A stretch of DNA of 64,000 nucleotides, taken from the NCBI GenBank assembly GCA_951406725.2, contig OX597827.1, positions 2,728,001 to 2,792,000 on the forward strand, read 5' to 3'. Numbering within the stretch: the stretch's first letter is position 1; every line of letters starts with the position of its first letter. The translations under genes and the position numbers were made by a program. The notes below the pieces were generated by a model that was given only the letters and a program-made list of their open reading frames with translations, had not been told where the DNA came from and ran no database searches. Below, in pieces: positions 36,089-50,045 of this stretch. The DNA comes from Octopus vulgaris. Its lineage: Eukaryota.

Positions 36089-37301
36089 ACTGGTACCTAT
36101 TTTATCAACCCTGAAAGGGTAAAAGGCCAAGTTGACTTCAATGGAATTTGAACTCAAGACAGATGGACAAAATGCCTCTGACTATTTTGCTCAGTATGCT
36201 CTGTTTAACTCTATTAAAAAGGGGGCAGCTTGCTGCCTTTTTAGCAATAATAATAATAATAATAATAATTCTTTCTACTATAGGCAAAAAGCCTGAAATT
36301 TGGGAAGGTGGGTGTGGGGCTTGTCGATTGCATCAACACCAGTGCTTGACTGGTACTTACTTATTTTAATGATCCTGAAAAGATGAGATGCAAAGTTGAT
36401 CTCAGTGAGATTTGAACTCGAATGTAATTTATAAGTAAAAACTGGAGAAGTGGAAATGATGGAAAATAGCAAAAAGAAAAAGATACAAAACCGTTTTGTA
36501 ATTTTTATCTCCATTCAATCTGGGTTTTTTTTTTTTTTTTTAATCTGTGTGAAGAACATGGAGGCATAAATTAGAAGATTGAAAATAGAACCTGTTTGCA
36601 CATGCTTACCGATATTCCTGTATCAACAGGTTTTGTTTATGCCTCATATTAAGTTCCCCTGAGAATGTGCTATCTCCTTTTTTTTTTTTCATTATTGATT
36701 AAATGCTTCATAAAAATTCAAAAAACTTTATCTCTATTATCATAATTATTATTATTATTATCATTAACATCATCATTATTATTGCTATTGTTGTTAATAT
36801 TTAGTATCCTTATATTTCTTGCATGCTTCCACCAAACTGTTCAATGCAGCTCTGCATACCTTGGTTACATGCAGTATTTTGTTGTGGTTTTACATTTTCC
36901 ATTGTATTGCAAGAACTGTCTGTAATATATGTACGGTGCTTGGCAGTACCATTCGCTGTATGTTGTGTGCATATGTGTAAGGAGTGGAGTTTTAGTTGTT
37001 TTTGTTTTTAGGTTTTTATTAATTAATAAAGGTTCCCAAGGCACCTATCATTATGGTGAATGTAAGGACTGTTTTCTGTTTTCAATGCATACATTTTGGT
37101 TATCTTAATTTCTAGATCTTTATATTTTGATAATCTTTCCATTTCTTTTTAAAGTACATTATCATCTGTTGGGACTGATACTTTTTTTTTTTTTTTTGTG
37201 GTTTTAATTATGGTTACTGCTATTAGCATGATAGTTTAGCAGAAACATCAGAAAAAAAAATCTTGGCAGTATTTGCTCCAGTATTAAGTGTTATTAAGTC
37301 A

Positions 37302-37532
37302 AAGGCGGCGAATTGGCAGAAACGTTAGCACGTTGGGCGAAATGCATAGCCGTATTTCGTCTGCCGCTACGTTCTGAGTTCAAATTCTGCCAAGGTCGAC
37401 TTTGCCTTTCATCCTTTCGGGGTCGATTAAATAAGTACCAGTTATGCACAGGGGTCGATATAATCGACTTAATCTGTTGTCTGTCCTTGTTTGTCCTCTG
37501 TGTTTAGCCCCTTGTGGGTAGTAAAGTAATAA
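37302..37532 (+). mobile_element. SINE family B, full length
   Basis: aaggcggcgaattggcagaaacgttagc head; direct repeat gtattaagtgttatta at 37281-37296 and 37533-37548. Confidence 0.9.
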
Positions 37533-37547
37533 GTATTAAGTGTTATT

Positions 37548-37880
37548 ATCATCATCATTTAGCATCCATTGTCCATGCTGGCATGGGTTGGATAGTTTGA
37601 CTGGGCTGGTACACTGGAAGGCTGCATCAGACTCCAGTCTGATTTGTCATGGTTTTCTATGGCTGGATGCCGTTCCTAATGCCGACCACTTCAAGAGTGT
37701 AATGGGTCTTTTACAAGCCACCAGCACAGGTGCTTTTATGTGACACCGGTATCTGCCACAACTGCAATTTTGCTTGGCTTGATGGGTCTTCTTCTCAAGC
37801 ATGACATAATGCCAAAGGTCTTGATCATTGCCTCCATGAGACCCAAAGCTCGAAAGGTGTTCTTTATGTGCCACTAGCAC
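37548..37880 (-). mobile_element. RTE LINE 3' end (family C)
   Basis: (cat)n tail, ggatgccgttcctaatgcc motif; the minus strand reads ...DQDLWHYVMLEK, like an RTE ORF terminus. Confidence 0.7.
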
Positions 37881-38059
37881 GTTCTGAATTCAAATTTCTC
37901 TGAAATCCTTTTTGACTTTCATCTCACTGTGTCAATGAAATAAAGTACCAGTCAAGCACTGGGGTCAGTTATCAACTAACAACATGCCCTTAAAATTACT
38001 AACCTTATGTCAAAATATGAAACAATTATTGTTATAAGGTACTAAGCTGGGAGAATCAT

Positions 38060-38885
38060 TCACGTGGAGTGAAGCTGTGGAAGGAGTAACCCAGGAAGAC
38101 TTGGGACAAAATGGTGAAAAAAGTATCTTCAGATACTGGGCCTCACTGAGGACAGGATTAGGGATTGGGAGTTGTGTTTTTGCGGTACTTAAGACGTGTC
38201 AAGCTAAGCAAAATCGCTGTCATCCACACATACAGGCAGGTCTTTTGTAGGGGCCAGTGCCACATAAAATGCACTTGTGCTGGTGCTGCTGTTGGTGTTG
38301 CTGTTGAGTGAACAGTCTTAGTCCCAGAGCTCGCAAGATGAGAGAAGTCCGAAATGTGGTCCTTTGCTATTCGTAAGACCCACAGAAGAGAAATCAGGTC
38401 AACCTCCGACACCGAGAGCATCGACGGATGGATGAATGTGCATCCAGGCTCAGCGGTTGCATAGGAAGTTGGGGACAAGAAACAGGAAGAAAGAGTAAGA
38501 GAAAGTTGGAGTGAAAGAGTACAACAGGGGTCGCCACCACCCCCTGCCGGAGCCTCGTGGAGCTTTAGGTATCTTCACTCAATAAACACACACAACGCCC
38601 GGTCTGGGAATTGAAATCGCAGTCCTCTGACCGCAAGTTCGCTGCCCTAACCACTGGGTCATTGTGCCTCCACAGCTGGTGCTGCATAAACACACCCATG
38701 CTGATGGTACATAAAAAGCACCCAGCACTCTCTGTAAAGAGGTTGGTGTTAGGAAGGGCATCCAGCCATAGAAATCATACCAAAACAGAAAATTGGAGTC
38801 TGGACTGCTCCATGGTTGGTCAGCTCCAGTCAAACTGTCCAACCCATGCCAGCATGGAAGACAAACATTGAACAATGATGATGAT
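38060..38885 (+). mobile_element. RTE LINE 3' end (ORF remnant plus family C tail) interrupted by SINE D
   Basis: cccaggaagacttgggacaaaatggtg = PRKTWDKMV (RTE RGRP-x-W motif); tail ggttggtgttaggaagggcatcc...(gat)n. Confidence 0.75.
38290..38674 (-). mobile_element. SINE family D with TSD
   Basis: Reverse complement of 35718-36088; 11-bp TSD gctggtgctgc at 38279-38289 and 38675-38685. Confidence 0.88.
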
Positions 38886-39241
38886 CAAACAGTATTCTTC
38901 TCAGCTCTTTCCATTTTGTGTCCAAATTCTACCAAGGTCAGTTTTGCCTTTCGTTCTTTAGGCTGAGAAGAACTTATTCTGTTGGTCTCTTTTGCTGAAC
39001 TGCTAAGTTACAGGGACATAAACACACCAGCATCAGTTGTCACACATACACACATATATATATACATATATACGATGGGCTTCTTTCAGTTTCTGTCTAC
39101 CAAATCCACTCGCAAGGCTTTGGTCGGCCAGGTGCTATAGTAGAAGACACTCGCCTATGTTGCCACGCGGTGGGACTGAACCCGAAGTCATGTAGCTAGG
39201 AAGCAAGCTCCCTAACCACACAGCCATGCTCATTAACATAA

Positions 39242-39621
39242 ATGACAGAAATAATAGGATGAAATTTTATTTAAGAACAAAATTCTAATATCATGACAAA
39301 TTATTTTTTAACTTAAAAACATGTAAATAATGTGTATTAGTAATTTAAGGATAAATAGATTACATGCCTACATTAATGCAAAATGCAAAAAATCCTTCAA
39401 AATAATGCAGAATTTAAGACATGTCCTCTTTCACCTGAGGTTCTAACTTATATTCTATATTATTTTGAAAGATTTTTTTGCATTAATGCAGACGTGTAAT
39501 TTATTTATTATTAAATATAATAATGTAAATTATTTACACGTTTTTAAGTTACAAAATAATTTGTCGTGATATTAGAATTTTCTTATTGTTAAATAAAATT
39601 TCATCAAGCTATTTCTATCAT
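39242..39621. repeat. AT-rich fold-back element (about 175-bp imperfect inverted arms)
   Basis: Arms about 39242-39418 and 39447-39621, e.g. aaaattctaatatcatgacaaattattt vs aaataatttgtcgtgatattagaatttt. Confidence 0.85.
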
Positions 39622-39813
39622 TTGTGACTTTACACACTCCTTATCATTTCTTCTTGTATCATATTATTCATACTATATATTCTATATGTTTTGTAGAATG
39701 ATATATTAAGCTTTCTTTTTTATGAGTACTACCAGATTACATGAATTCATATATTGTGACTTAAATTTATATGTATGTATGTATGTATGTATGTTTGTGT
39801 GTGTGTGTGTGTG

Positions 39814-40101
39814 TGTGGAGCCGCAATGGCCCAGTGGTTAGAGCAGCGGACTCGCGGTCGTAGGATCATCCCGGTTTCGTTTCCCAGACCAGGCGTTGTT
39901 TATTGAGCGAAAACACCTAAAGCTCCATGAGGCTCCGGCGGGGGGTGATCCCTGCTGTACTCCTTTGCCACAACTTTCTCTCACTCTTTCTTCTGTTTGC
40001 CTGCTCTCTTAGCCAGCGGGGTGTCGTCATTTGAAGGCTAAAACAATGTGAAGCGCATTGTGACCAGCGATATGCAGCAACATCTGATAGCCTGATTGGT
40101 C

Positions 40102-40106
<5 letters not shown>
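39814..40106 (+). mobile_element. SINE family D head with an alternative tail
   Basis: ggagccgcaatggcccagtggttagagcagcggactcgcgg head matches 35718; diverges after ctctcactctttcttc. Confidence 0.8.
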
Positions 40107-40148
<42 letters not shown>

Positions 40149-40651
40149 GTGGACTTCTTCCAGTTTGTCTACCAAATCCACTCACAAGGCTCTGGTTGGC
40201 CCAAGGCTATAGTAGAAGATACTTGCCCAAGGTGGCATGCAGTGGGACTGAACCCAGGCTCATGTGGTTGGGAAGCAAGCTTATTACCACTTCTAATTTT
40301 GGCAGAAGCCCAGCGTTTTTAGGGGAAATAGTTACACAATGACATGAAACAGCCAATATTTGGTTGGTACTCTGTTGACTCCTAAAAAGATGAAAAGGGC
40401 AAACTTGACTCAGTGGGATTTGAACTTGCAATGTAAAAAGCCAGAACAAATACTAAGAATCCTTTTGTTTGATCCTCTAATGATTTCTGTATGCCAGCAT
40501 GCCGCCTTTTTAGATCGGAGTTCAAAGCCAGCTGGGACCAACTTGGCCTTTTTTGCTGTCTCTGGTCAGTAAATTAAGAATTAGTCAGGAATTAGGTTGA
40601 TCTTGATAAATAATACTCCCCCATCTTTCACACAAGTACACACACACACAC

Positions 40652-40710
<59 letters not shown>

Positions 40711-41714
40711 CACACACACACACTAACACACACACACACTAACACACACACACACTAACACACACACACTAACTAACATTGTGCCTATGTTAGAAATCGA
40801 TATTAATAACTGCCTTCTTAAACAATTTTCTCTCTTAGCCAGTAGTCTCTTGTGACCATCTCTTGGAATATTCCCCGCCATTGAATATATTAGATCTGTT
40901 GCATAATGTGTAATGGTTTCGAGTAGAATTCTAGCATTACCATCTACTGTGTCTAACATATTATATTCCAGTCCAATTCTACAAAACCATACACTCTGGC
41001 TGGGACAGCTATATTAATATATTAATGGCACTGATGATGTTCTTCCTATTCAAATGAAAGTAGAGTTTTTTTTTAGATATTATTATTTTCTTTTAATTTA
41101 TTACATCAACCCTTTCATTCCTCATTTTCATTTGCATATATTTCACATATGCAGTTTTGCTCTTCTTCTTCTTTTCCTAAACACCAATGGAATGTAGAAC
41201 TTTTGAGTTTCACTTCCTGTATTATTATCCTCTACTCTGGAGATTTGAAAACCATCTTTTTTTTTTTTTTCCGTAATTTATTTATTTACATTTTATGTTG
41301 CATTTTGTAGATATTAGCATTGGCAACTGTAGGTTCAACAATGGGTCGAGCAGAATTTTGCTGCATTCATGATGGCAAAATTGGCCAGGGAGCCAAAGTC
41401 CATCCCAGACAGAATAAATGCTGCTGGAGCTTATTAATTACAAGCTGCTGATGTATCTCATCCTCATCATCTTTTTAAAGTTTGCTTTTCCATTCCTGCC
41501 TGGGTTAGATGGAGTTTAACGAAGCAGATTTTCTATGTCCAGATGCCTTTCCTGTTGCCAACCCTCACCTATTTCAAAGTAAGGTAATATTTCCCCACGG
41601 CCAGATATGTTTTCACAAAACATTGGAAATAAGAACATTCATTTAGAACAATTATGCAACGTTAAGATAAGGAGACACAAACACATATATTCACAACATA
41701 CATGTGCATAAAGA

Positions 41715-42375
41715 AGCGTCAATCCCTTAAAGGGGAGCTAAGTTGTGAAAGAGGGAGACCCAGCAAGGCTTGGGGCAAAGTATTGAAGGCTGATCTCAAA
41801 ATGTTAAACCTTGTGAAGAAAACGACAGAGGACTAATAATACATGTGGCACATTACTGCACTCAAACTGACCTGCCCACCACAGCACAACTGATGCCCCA
41901 TAACCGAGGTGTCACGTAAAAAGCACTGGTGTCACATAAAATGCTATTACCACGTAAACAGCACTGGTGGTAGTACTATTTAAAAGCACTCAGTACATTC
42001 TGTAAAGGGATTGGCATTATAAAGGGCATCCAGCTGTAGAGATTGAGTCAAAAAGACAATGGAAACTGTCAAACCATTTAACCGATGCCAGCATAGAAAA
42101 CTAACGTTAAATGAGGTGGCGAGCTGGCAGAAATGTTAGCATACCGGGCGAAATGCTTAGCGGTATTTCGTCTGCCACTACGTTCTGAGTTCAAATTCTG
42201 CCAAGGTTGATTTTTGCCTTTCATCCTTTCGGGGTCGATTAAATAAGTACCAGTTATACACTGGGGTCGATCTAATCGACTTAATCCATTTGTCTGTCCT
42301 TGTTTGTCTCCTCTATGTTTAGCCCCTTGTCAGCAATAAAGAAATAAGAAAACTAACATTAAATGTTGATAATGA
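41715..42375 (+). mobile_element. RTE LINE 3' end interrupted by SINE B (42114-42346)
   Basis: CERGRPSKAWGKVLKADLKMLNL at about 41743-41812; SINE B flanked by a 19-bp TSD agaaaactaac(g/a)ttaaatg at 42095-42113 and 42347-42365. Confidence 0.82.
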
Positions 42376-45008
42376 TGTGTGTGTGTGTGTGCATGTGTGT
42401 GTATATATTCATGCACACACACACACATCATCATCATCATCATTGTGTTAATGTATACTTTTCTATGTTCATTCCATGCCATAATGGAACATGGAGAGAA
42501 TGAGAGGAATATTAATGTCTGATATCAAGTCAGTGTAGAATCAGTAAGGCTAAATAGGTGGTGCCAATACAGCAGTGCCAAAACGTCTCATTCCCCCCTC
42601 TTTTATCCCCTTTCATATTGAACAACAGCCTTTATAGCCACCTACAACAGCTTTCATACAAGACAGAAACTATACACTCCTCTACAGCCACTTTTGTATA
42701 AATCAACAATATACACAAAATCAAACACAGTCCAAACCTTTTGTTTCAGTTACTGGATTATGGCCAGGCTGGGGCACTGTCTTAAAGGAATAATTGCAGT
42801 TCAAATCAAAAAATTTGATCCCAGTACTAATTTTTTTTAAAGTAACTTTTTCTATGAGTCTCTTATGCCCAAAATGCTCAGTTATTGAGGACGTAAACAA
42901 ACCAACACTGGTCATCAAGTGTTGGTGGAAGAGACACACACACACAAGATTCTACACAGTTTCCATCTGCCAAATTCCAGTCTCAAAGCATTGGTCAGCC
43001 CAAGGTTACGGGAGAAGGTATATGGCCAAAGTACTGTGAAGTGGGACTGAACCCAAAACCACATGGCTGCAAACTAAGCTCCTTAACCACACAGCCATGC
43101 TTGCACCTATAAAAAATTATAAATTATAAACACATAACTGCTGATGGTCCACATCAGTAAAAACTATTAAACAAAATTCAAGTCTTGTGAGTAGACTGAG
43201 TAGAAGGAAACTGAAAGAAGCTCATCATATACACATAAAAGCATCCAGCACACTCTGCAAAGTGGTTGGCAACAGGAAGGGCATCTAGCCGTAGAAACCA
43301 TGCCAAAGCAGGCTGGAATCTGGTGCAGCCACCCCACTCAGTTTGCCAGCTCTGGTCACACTGTCTAACCCATGCCAGCATGGACAACAGACAGTAAATG
43401 AAATGATAATACATGTGTGTGTGTGTGTGTGTGTGTGTATCTTTGTGCATGTTTGTTTCCCATCACTGCTTGACAACCAGTGTTAGTGTGTTTATGCCCC
43501 CATAACTTAGTGGTTTGGCAAAAGAGACTGATAAAATAAGCATTAGGCTTAATAGAAAAATCCTGGGATCAAAATGTGCAACTAAAAAAAAACAAAAAAA
43601 AAACTTCGAGGTGCCCCAGCATGGCCATGGTCAAATGACTGAAACAAGTAAAGGACAAAAGACAAGTTTGAACAAGTTTCTGTTTTTCAGAGACAAGAAA
43701 CTTGACATTTTGCAACTGACTCGCCATCTGAGGAAAAAAAAAGTTTTAAAAATTTTTGTCTTAGACAAAGTATTAGTCTTGAAGCATTCAATTCCTCTCC
43801 TAATCAAAGCTTCTAAATTTATCAGAGCTTCTAAATTTAAAATGATGATAATATAACTAAGACAGATAACTTAGAAAATCTAATAATGAAAAAATATTGA
43901 TGAAGTGTGGAATGACTAAAGAAAGAAAAGCTAGATTGAAAATAGCTTGCTCAAATAAGTGCGGAGAGACAATAAAGAATGCCAATACCAGCAAACTTTC
44001 TTCATCTTCAAATGAAGAAATATAAGCTATGTAAATCACATATTCAATATTACAGCCAACCTAATATCTAAGCTGCCTAGACAGAACAAGAAAATAGTAA
44101 GATAAGGAATGGAATAGCCAGCCACTGTGAAAAGTAAAGTAAAAAGAAAAAAATAACAAAAAAAATAAATAAAGTGAAACAGATTAACCAAAAACAGAAT
44201 TTGTCCTCCTATCAATATTTAACAGAAGCACAAAATCAACCGATATAAATTGAAAATAAGACAGACATATCAAAAATACATCTAAAATAGTTAATTGTCA
44301 CAGATCAGACAATTTGAAAAGAGAGACAAACAATTTATAGGAAATAAACTGTTCAGTGGAAATGGAAAGAAAAGAAGTTCTACTGGGAACTAAATCAGAA
44401 CAAATATAGACATAAGAGAGACTGAGACACACTCTCTCTCTTTCTCCCCGTCTCTTTGTCAGGAAGAAATTAGAAGATTCTGAATTGAAATATGGGACAA
44501 ACAAGAAATACAATGGAGAGAGAAAGAGAGAGAGAAAGGCCTAAAAGATCATAAATCATGATATACAATTCACAGTACAACAACAAACACTAGTATCCAA
44601 ATAAAACCATTAATACAATTAACTGGGAAAAGAAAGCTGGAAAATCCCCAGGGACCAGCATGAACTAAAATTTAGGGGTACAAAAATTATTTCTTCATTC
44701 TGCATGACTTTTTAGACAAATCATCATAATCATCGACTGACTCTCTTTTTGCACTCTGGCATGGGTTAGATTTTTTCATTTTCATCTAGTTTCAGCTCAC
44801 GAGCCGTGGCCATGCTGGGGCACTGCAAAGGATTATTAAAGCAATATTCAGTAGCTAGATGCCCTTCTTTGTGCCAAACCTCATTTTTTCAAGCAAGGCA
44901 TTATTTGTCTACTGATCTTCATAGATGAAAAAAAAAAAGGTTACAGCATTTAAGGCTTTTCACTGTATATACTTATTCAGTGGTGACTAAAAGGAGACAC
45001 ATACACAC

Positions 45009-45086
<78 letters not shown>

Positions 45087-45314
45087 AACTGCTCCCACAG
45101 TCCACCAGTATGTATGACCATACTGTTTCTGATGAGTTTCACTATCAAGGCATTAGTCAATTTGGGGTTATAGTAAAAGACATCTGTTCCACAAGGAAGG
45201 ATGGAAATTGTGTTGTGATGAAATGATTGGATGAAACTGTTTGACCTCTGGTGACTTGGCAAGGCTGACTGGATATTGAGCCAATTTGGGCAACAGTACT
45301 TTTTAGCACTGGGG

Positions 45315-45370
<56 letters not shown>

Positions 45371-45516
45371 GCTCACATGCATGTGCATGTAGAAATATAC
45401 ACTTACAGATAGAGAGGGTGAGGAACATAGAAACTTTACAATTTACTAATTGAACATGCTACATAAACACTTTCCCTTTTCCTTATATGCATAAAGTGAA
45501 ATATACTCACACACAT

Positions 45517-45552
<36 letters not shown>

Positions 45553-45661
45553 AGAAGCATTAAAGCATCTGATGTCAAATGAGTCAGCATTGAATCAGTG
45601 ACACCAAACGGTTAGTGTCAAAATAGTTATGCCAGAACGTCTCATATCCAGAGCATATAGC

Positions 45662-46010
45662 TGTGAAGGTGCATGGGTCAGTGGTTAGAGCATTGGGCTC
45701 ACTATCATGAGGTAATGAGTTCGATTCCTGGACTGGGCTGCATTGTGTTGTGTTCTTGAGCAAGACACTTTATTTCACGTTGCTTCAGTTAACTCAGCTG
45801 TAGAAATGAGTTGCAGCATCACTGATGCCAAACTGTATCAGTCTTTTTCTTTCCCTTGTCTAACATCAGTGGTGTGGAGAGGGGGGGCTGGTATGCATAG
45901 ATAACTGCTGGTCTTCCATAAACAACCTTGCCTCGGACTTGTGCCTGGGAGGGTAACTTTCTAGGTGCAATCCCATGATCATTCATAACCAAAGGAGGTC
46001 TTTAGCCTTT
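45662..46010 (+). mobile_element. SINE family E variant
   Basis: tgaaggtgcatgggtcagtggttag head, gagttcgattcc B box, CORE-like gttcttgagcaagacac; near-TSD tatag(c/t)tgtgaaggt. Confidence 0.8.
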
Positions 46011-46104
46011 ATAGTTGTGAAGGTCGTTTCTCAACCACACAGTCAGACTTGCACCAATAAATCTTAGAACTCAACAGTAAATGAGTGAAAAATCATAAAA
46101 ATAT

Positions 46105-46480
46105 ATCATCATCATTTAACGTCTGTTTTCCATGCTAGCAGGGTCTGGGAAGCCAGGAGGCTGCACCAGGCTCCAGTCTGATCTGGCAGTGTTTCTGCAG
46201 CTGGATGCCCTTCCTAATGCCAACCACTCCGTGAGTGTAGTAGGTGCTTTTAACATACCACAGGGACAAAGGCCAGAGGAGGCTGGCAATGGCCACAATT
46301 GGTTGGTGCTTTCTACATGCCACTAGCATGGGAGCCAGCCAAGGTGGTGCCGGCATCAGCCACATTCGGATGGTGCTTTTTACGTGCCACCAGCATGGAA
46401 ATCACAACTACAATTCCATTTGATCTTTATTTTGATGTTGATGTACTTGACTCAGTAGGTCTCCCCAAGCACAGCAGGTC
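46105..46480 (-). mobile_element. RTE LINE 3' end (family C)
   Basis: Reverse complement of 9742-10138. Confidence 0.8.
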
Positions 46481-47894
46481 ATGTGGGTAAAACAGATTGG
46501 ATGAAATAACAGATTATTACATACTGGACAACAACATACAGGGGACTGACCCAAATAAGGGAGTGGATTTATCCCTAGTTTACCTGAAAACAAATTTGCT
46601 AACAGTAGAAAAGAAAGCGATAAAAGGGAAAGAATGAATTCGTCGTTTCCAAGAGCGAATATTCTTGTCTAGCTCTTTCATCAATTAAGAAGTACATTCG
46701 TTCATTTATTGTTGCTGGTGTTTTTATGTGGTTAAGCTCACTTCATAATTAGGTGATTCTGGGTTCAATTCCATCTCATACAAGTATCGTGTACTGTGGC
46801 ATTGGGTTGATCAATTCATTGTGAGTGGAATTCTGTCAGCAGAAATAAAGCAGAAGTCTCTCACACACACACACACACAGTGAGTGTGTGGTGTGTGTAT
46901 GCCCTCTGAGGTCAATTTAGTTTTTTATCCTTTTAGAATTGATAAACAACTAGTCCAGTACTAGAGTTGATTTTCTCTTTCTCTCGACCAGACTTGGAGA
47001 GAGATGGACTTGGCTACTTGTAAAATAAACCCCAAGATATATATATGTAAGATGGTATTCCTAAAACTCCATCAGATGTTGAAAACTCAAGTAAGGAAGC
47101 AACAAAGATAATCTTTCATATTCTACTTGTTTCAGTCATTAGACTGCGGCCATGCTGGGGCACCACCTTGAAGAATTTTAGTTAAATAAATCAACCCCAG
47201 TACTTAATTTGTTTTTTTGTTTTTTTAAGCCCGGTACTTATTCTATTGGTTTCTTTCGCTGAAATGCTAAGGTATAAGGATGTAAACACACCAACACTAG
47301 TTGTCAAGTGGTGGTGGCACACATACATACAAGGACACACACAGATATATGTATATACAGGGTGGACTTCTTTCAGTTTCCCCTCAACCAAATCCACTCA
47401 CAAGGCTTTAGTTGGCCAGAGACTATAATAAAAGTCACTTGGCCAAGGTACCATAAAGTGAGACTGAACCCAGAAGCATGTTGTTGGGATTCAAACTTCT
47501 TACCACATAGCCACATTAGGATCTCTGTGTATGCTGGTATGTGTGTCTGTCTTTGGGAAGACAGCCTTTCCATGTTCAGCCTCTAAGTTAACTCAGCCAT
47601 TTATTTCATGAACAGAGATCATTAAAAGAAGTACCAGACTTAAATAGGTACTAGGATTGAAGCCTTTTCAGTGTGGTACCCTAGCATGGCCACAGCCCAA
47701 TGCTTGGGTACCACACTCAGTAAAAGAATCAACATCATTTAACATTCATGTTCCATGCTGGGTGGGTTGAACAGTTTGGCAGGATCCAATGAACTTAAGG
47801 ATTGCATCATGCTCCGTGTTTTCTTTGGCTGGCATAGTGTTTATGGCTGGATGCCTTTTGTAATGCAAACCACTTTAAAGGGTGTATTAGATGC

Positions 47895-47927
<33 letters not shown>

Positions 47928-48754
47928 CACCAGCATTAGTGACACCATAATGCAGTTTATAAGACTAGGAACGCTGATGGGATAACTTCATGCTAGGAGA
48001 TGAGGGACAAATTATAGGTAAAAGTATGGGAGAAAAGGTCAAAGCAGAACAGGGGCTTTTGTTGTGAAGGAGTTACATGACTACCCACATTTCAGAAGAG
48101 ATGGTAGGAGTAATTGACGAGAGCCAGAGAGCAATGGGGTGAGGAAGGAGAGTAGGAGTGACTGACAGTACCAAACAGCAGAGAAGTGATGACCAGAGAA
48201 CAGTAGACCAGAGAATTTAAAATATAAACAGAGGTGTCAAAAGTATGGTTATGCTGGGACACCATCTTGAAGTCAAACAAATTAACTCTAGTACTTATGG
48301 ATTTTTTAAGCCTGTAACTTATTTTATTAGTCATTTAGCTGATCTGCTAAGTTACAAGGACATAAACAAACCAGCCCTGCTTGCAAGCAGTCGCAAGAGA
48401 CACACACACATGTATATATATAACACAGTTTCCATTGATCAAATTCCCTCACAAGGCATTAGATGGTCTATAGTAGCAAACACTTGCCCAGGGTGCCACA
48501 AAGTGGGACTGAACCTTAAATCATATGGTTGCAAAGTGAACTCCTTAGCCACACATCTATGCCAATAGAAGTTGTTTTCCTTTCTCTTAACATGTAATTT
48601 TAATTAATTAAACCTCTTCGTTTTGTTGTTGCTGCTCATAATGTATATGTGAATCTTTTCCCTGTTACTTAACTATACGTTTTATATGCAGAAATCCACT
48701 GTAGGTTCTTCGTAAATTAGTATCTGTACACATTGCTCAGTATGCATAATGCAT

Positions 48755-48854
<100 letters not shown>

Positions 48855-49679
48855 AAACATAAACATGTAATTACATAGTTATATGCTACTGGAACATTGC
48901 CAATATTCAACCAAAGCTGATTACAGCAATTTCCTATATGGTATGAAAAGAAAACACACACACACATGGCTACACATTAGTATGCACACACACACACAAG
49001 AAGGAATGAGGGAAGCCTCTAATAGGGTTGCTCAACCTACTAGAAATAGTAGCCAAATCTTCTTGTCACAACCACATCTAAGAAATAGGTAGATACATTA
49101 TATAACGTGTTCCCAGATAAACTGTCTGAAAACAACGAGATGGTCATGACTGGATTGTCTTAGGTCATTCATAAGAATCAGATATGACACAACAATAACA
49201 GCAAAAACTAGAAGATAAGATAATTTTGTAGTTCTATACATCAAATCTCTATATTTGATGGTTATTACAAAACTCTTTCATGTTTGGAATCTTCTAGTAA
49301 TCCTGACTTTCAGAATATTCGAATATATAAGATGGTGAGTTGACCCTTCATTAGAGCATTGGCTAAAATGCTTTGAAATATTTGATCCGTCCCACCATTT
49401 TTTTGGTTTGTGAAGGAGATGAACCAATAATATCGAAGAATATATAAAAGCAATGAAGGGGGATGCAAGGCTGGTTTGGATGAGAATGTCAAGATGCTGT
49501 AAGAGATGGGAGAGGCTTGGAAAAGCACATGTCCAGCAGTGGAGTGCTACACCTTATGAAAAAAGAAAGAACTGGATCCAGCTTTTCGCTCTTTCATTGA
49601 AATATTAATTTTGTCATTAGAATTTAGAAACTTTGAGAGATGTGAATTAATTATTTTTTAACAGTGAAACTCAAAGTAG

Positions 49680-49730
<51 letters not shown>

Positions 49731-49986
49731 TTAATAATAATAATAATAATAAACCTTTCTACTGTAGGCACAAGGCTTGAAATATGTTGGGGAGGATGGT
49801 CAATTTCATCAACCCCAGTGTTTCACAAGCACTTAATTTATTGACCCTGAAAGGATGAACAGCATAGTCGACCTCTGTGGAATTTGAACTCAGAATGTAT
49901 AGACAAGTGAAATACCACTAAGCATTTTGCTTGGTGCACTAATGATTCTGCCAAGTCACTGCCTTCAATAATAATAATAGTAATAA

Positions 49987-50045
<59 letters not shown>

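Noticed and set aside
41311-41450. Candidate exons at 41311, 51028, 53790, 55751 and 61371
   Set aside because: Plausible splice dinucleotides, but no consistent reading frame or recognisable protein could be assembled.
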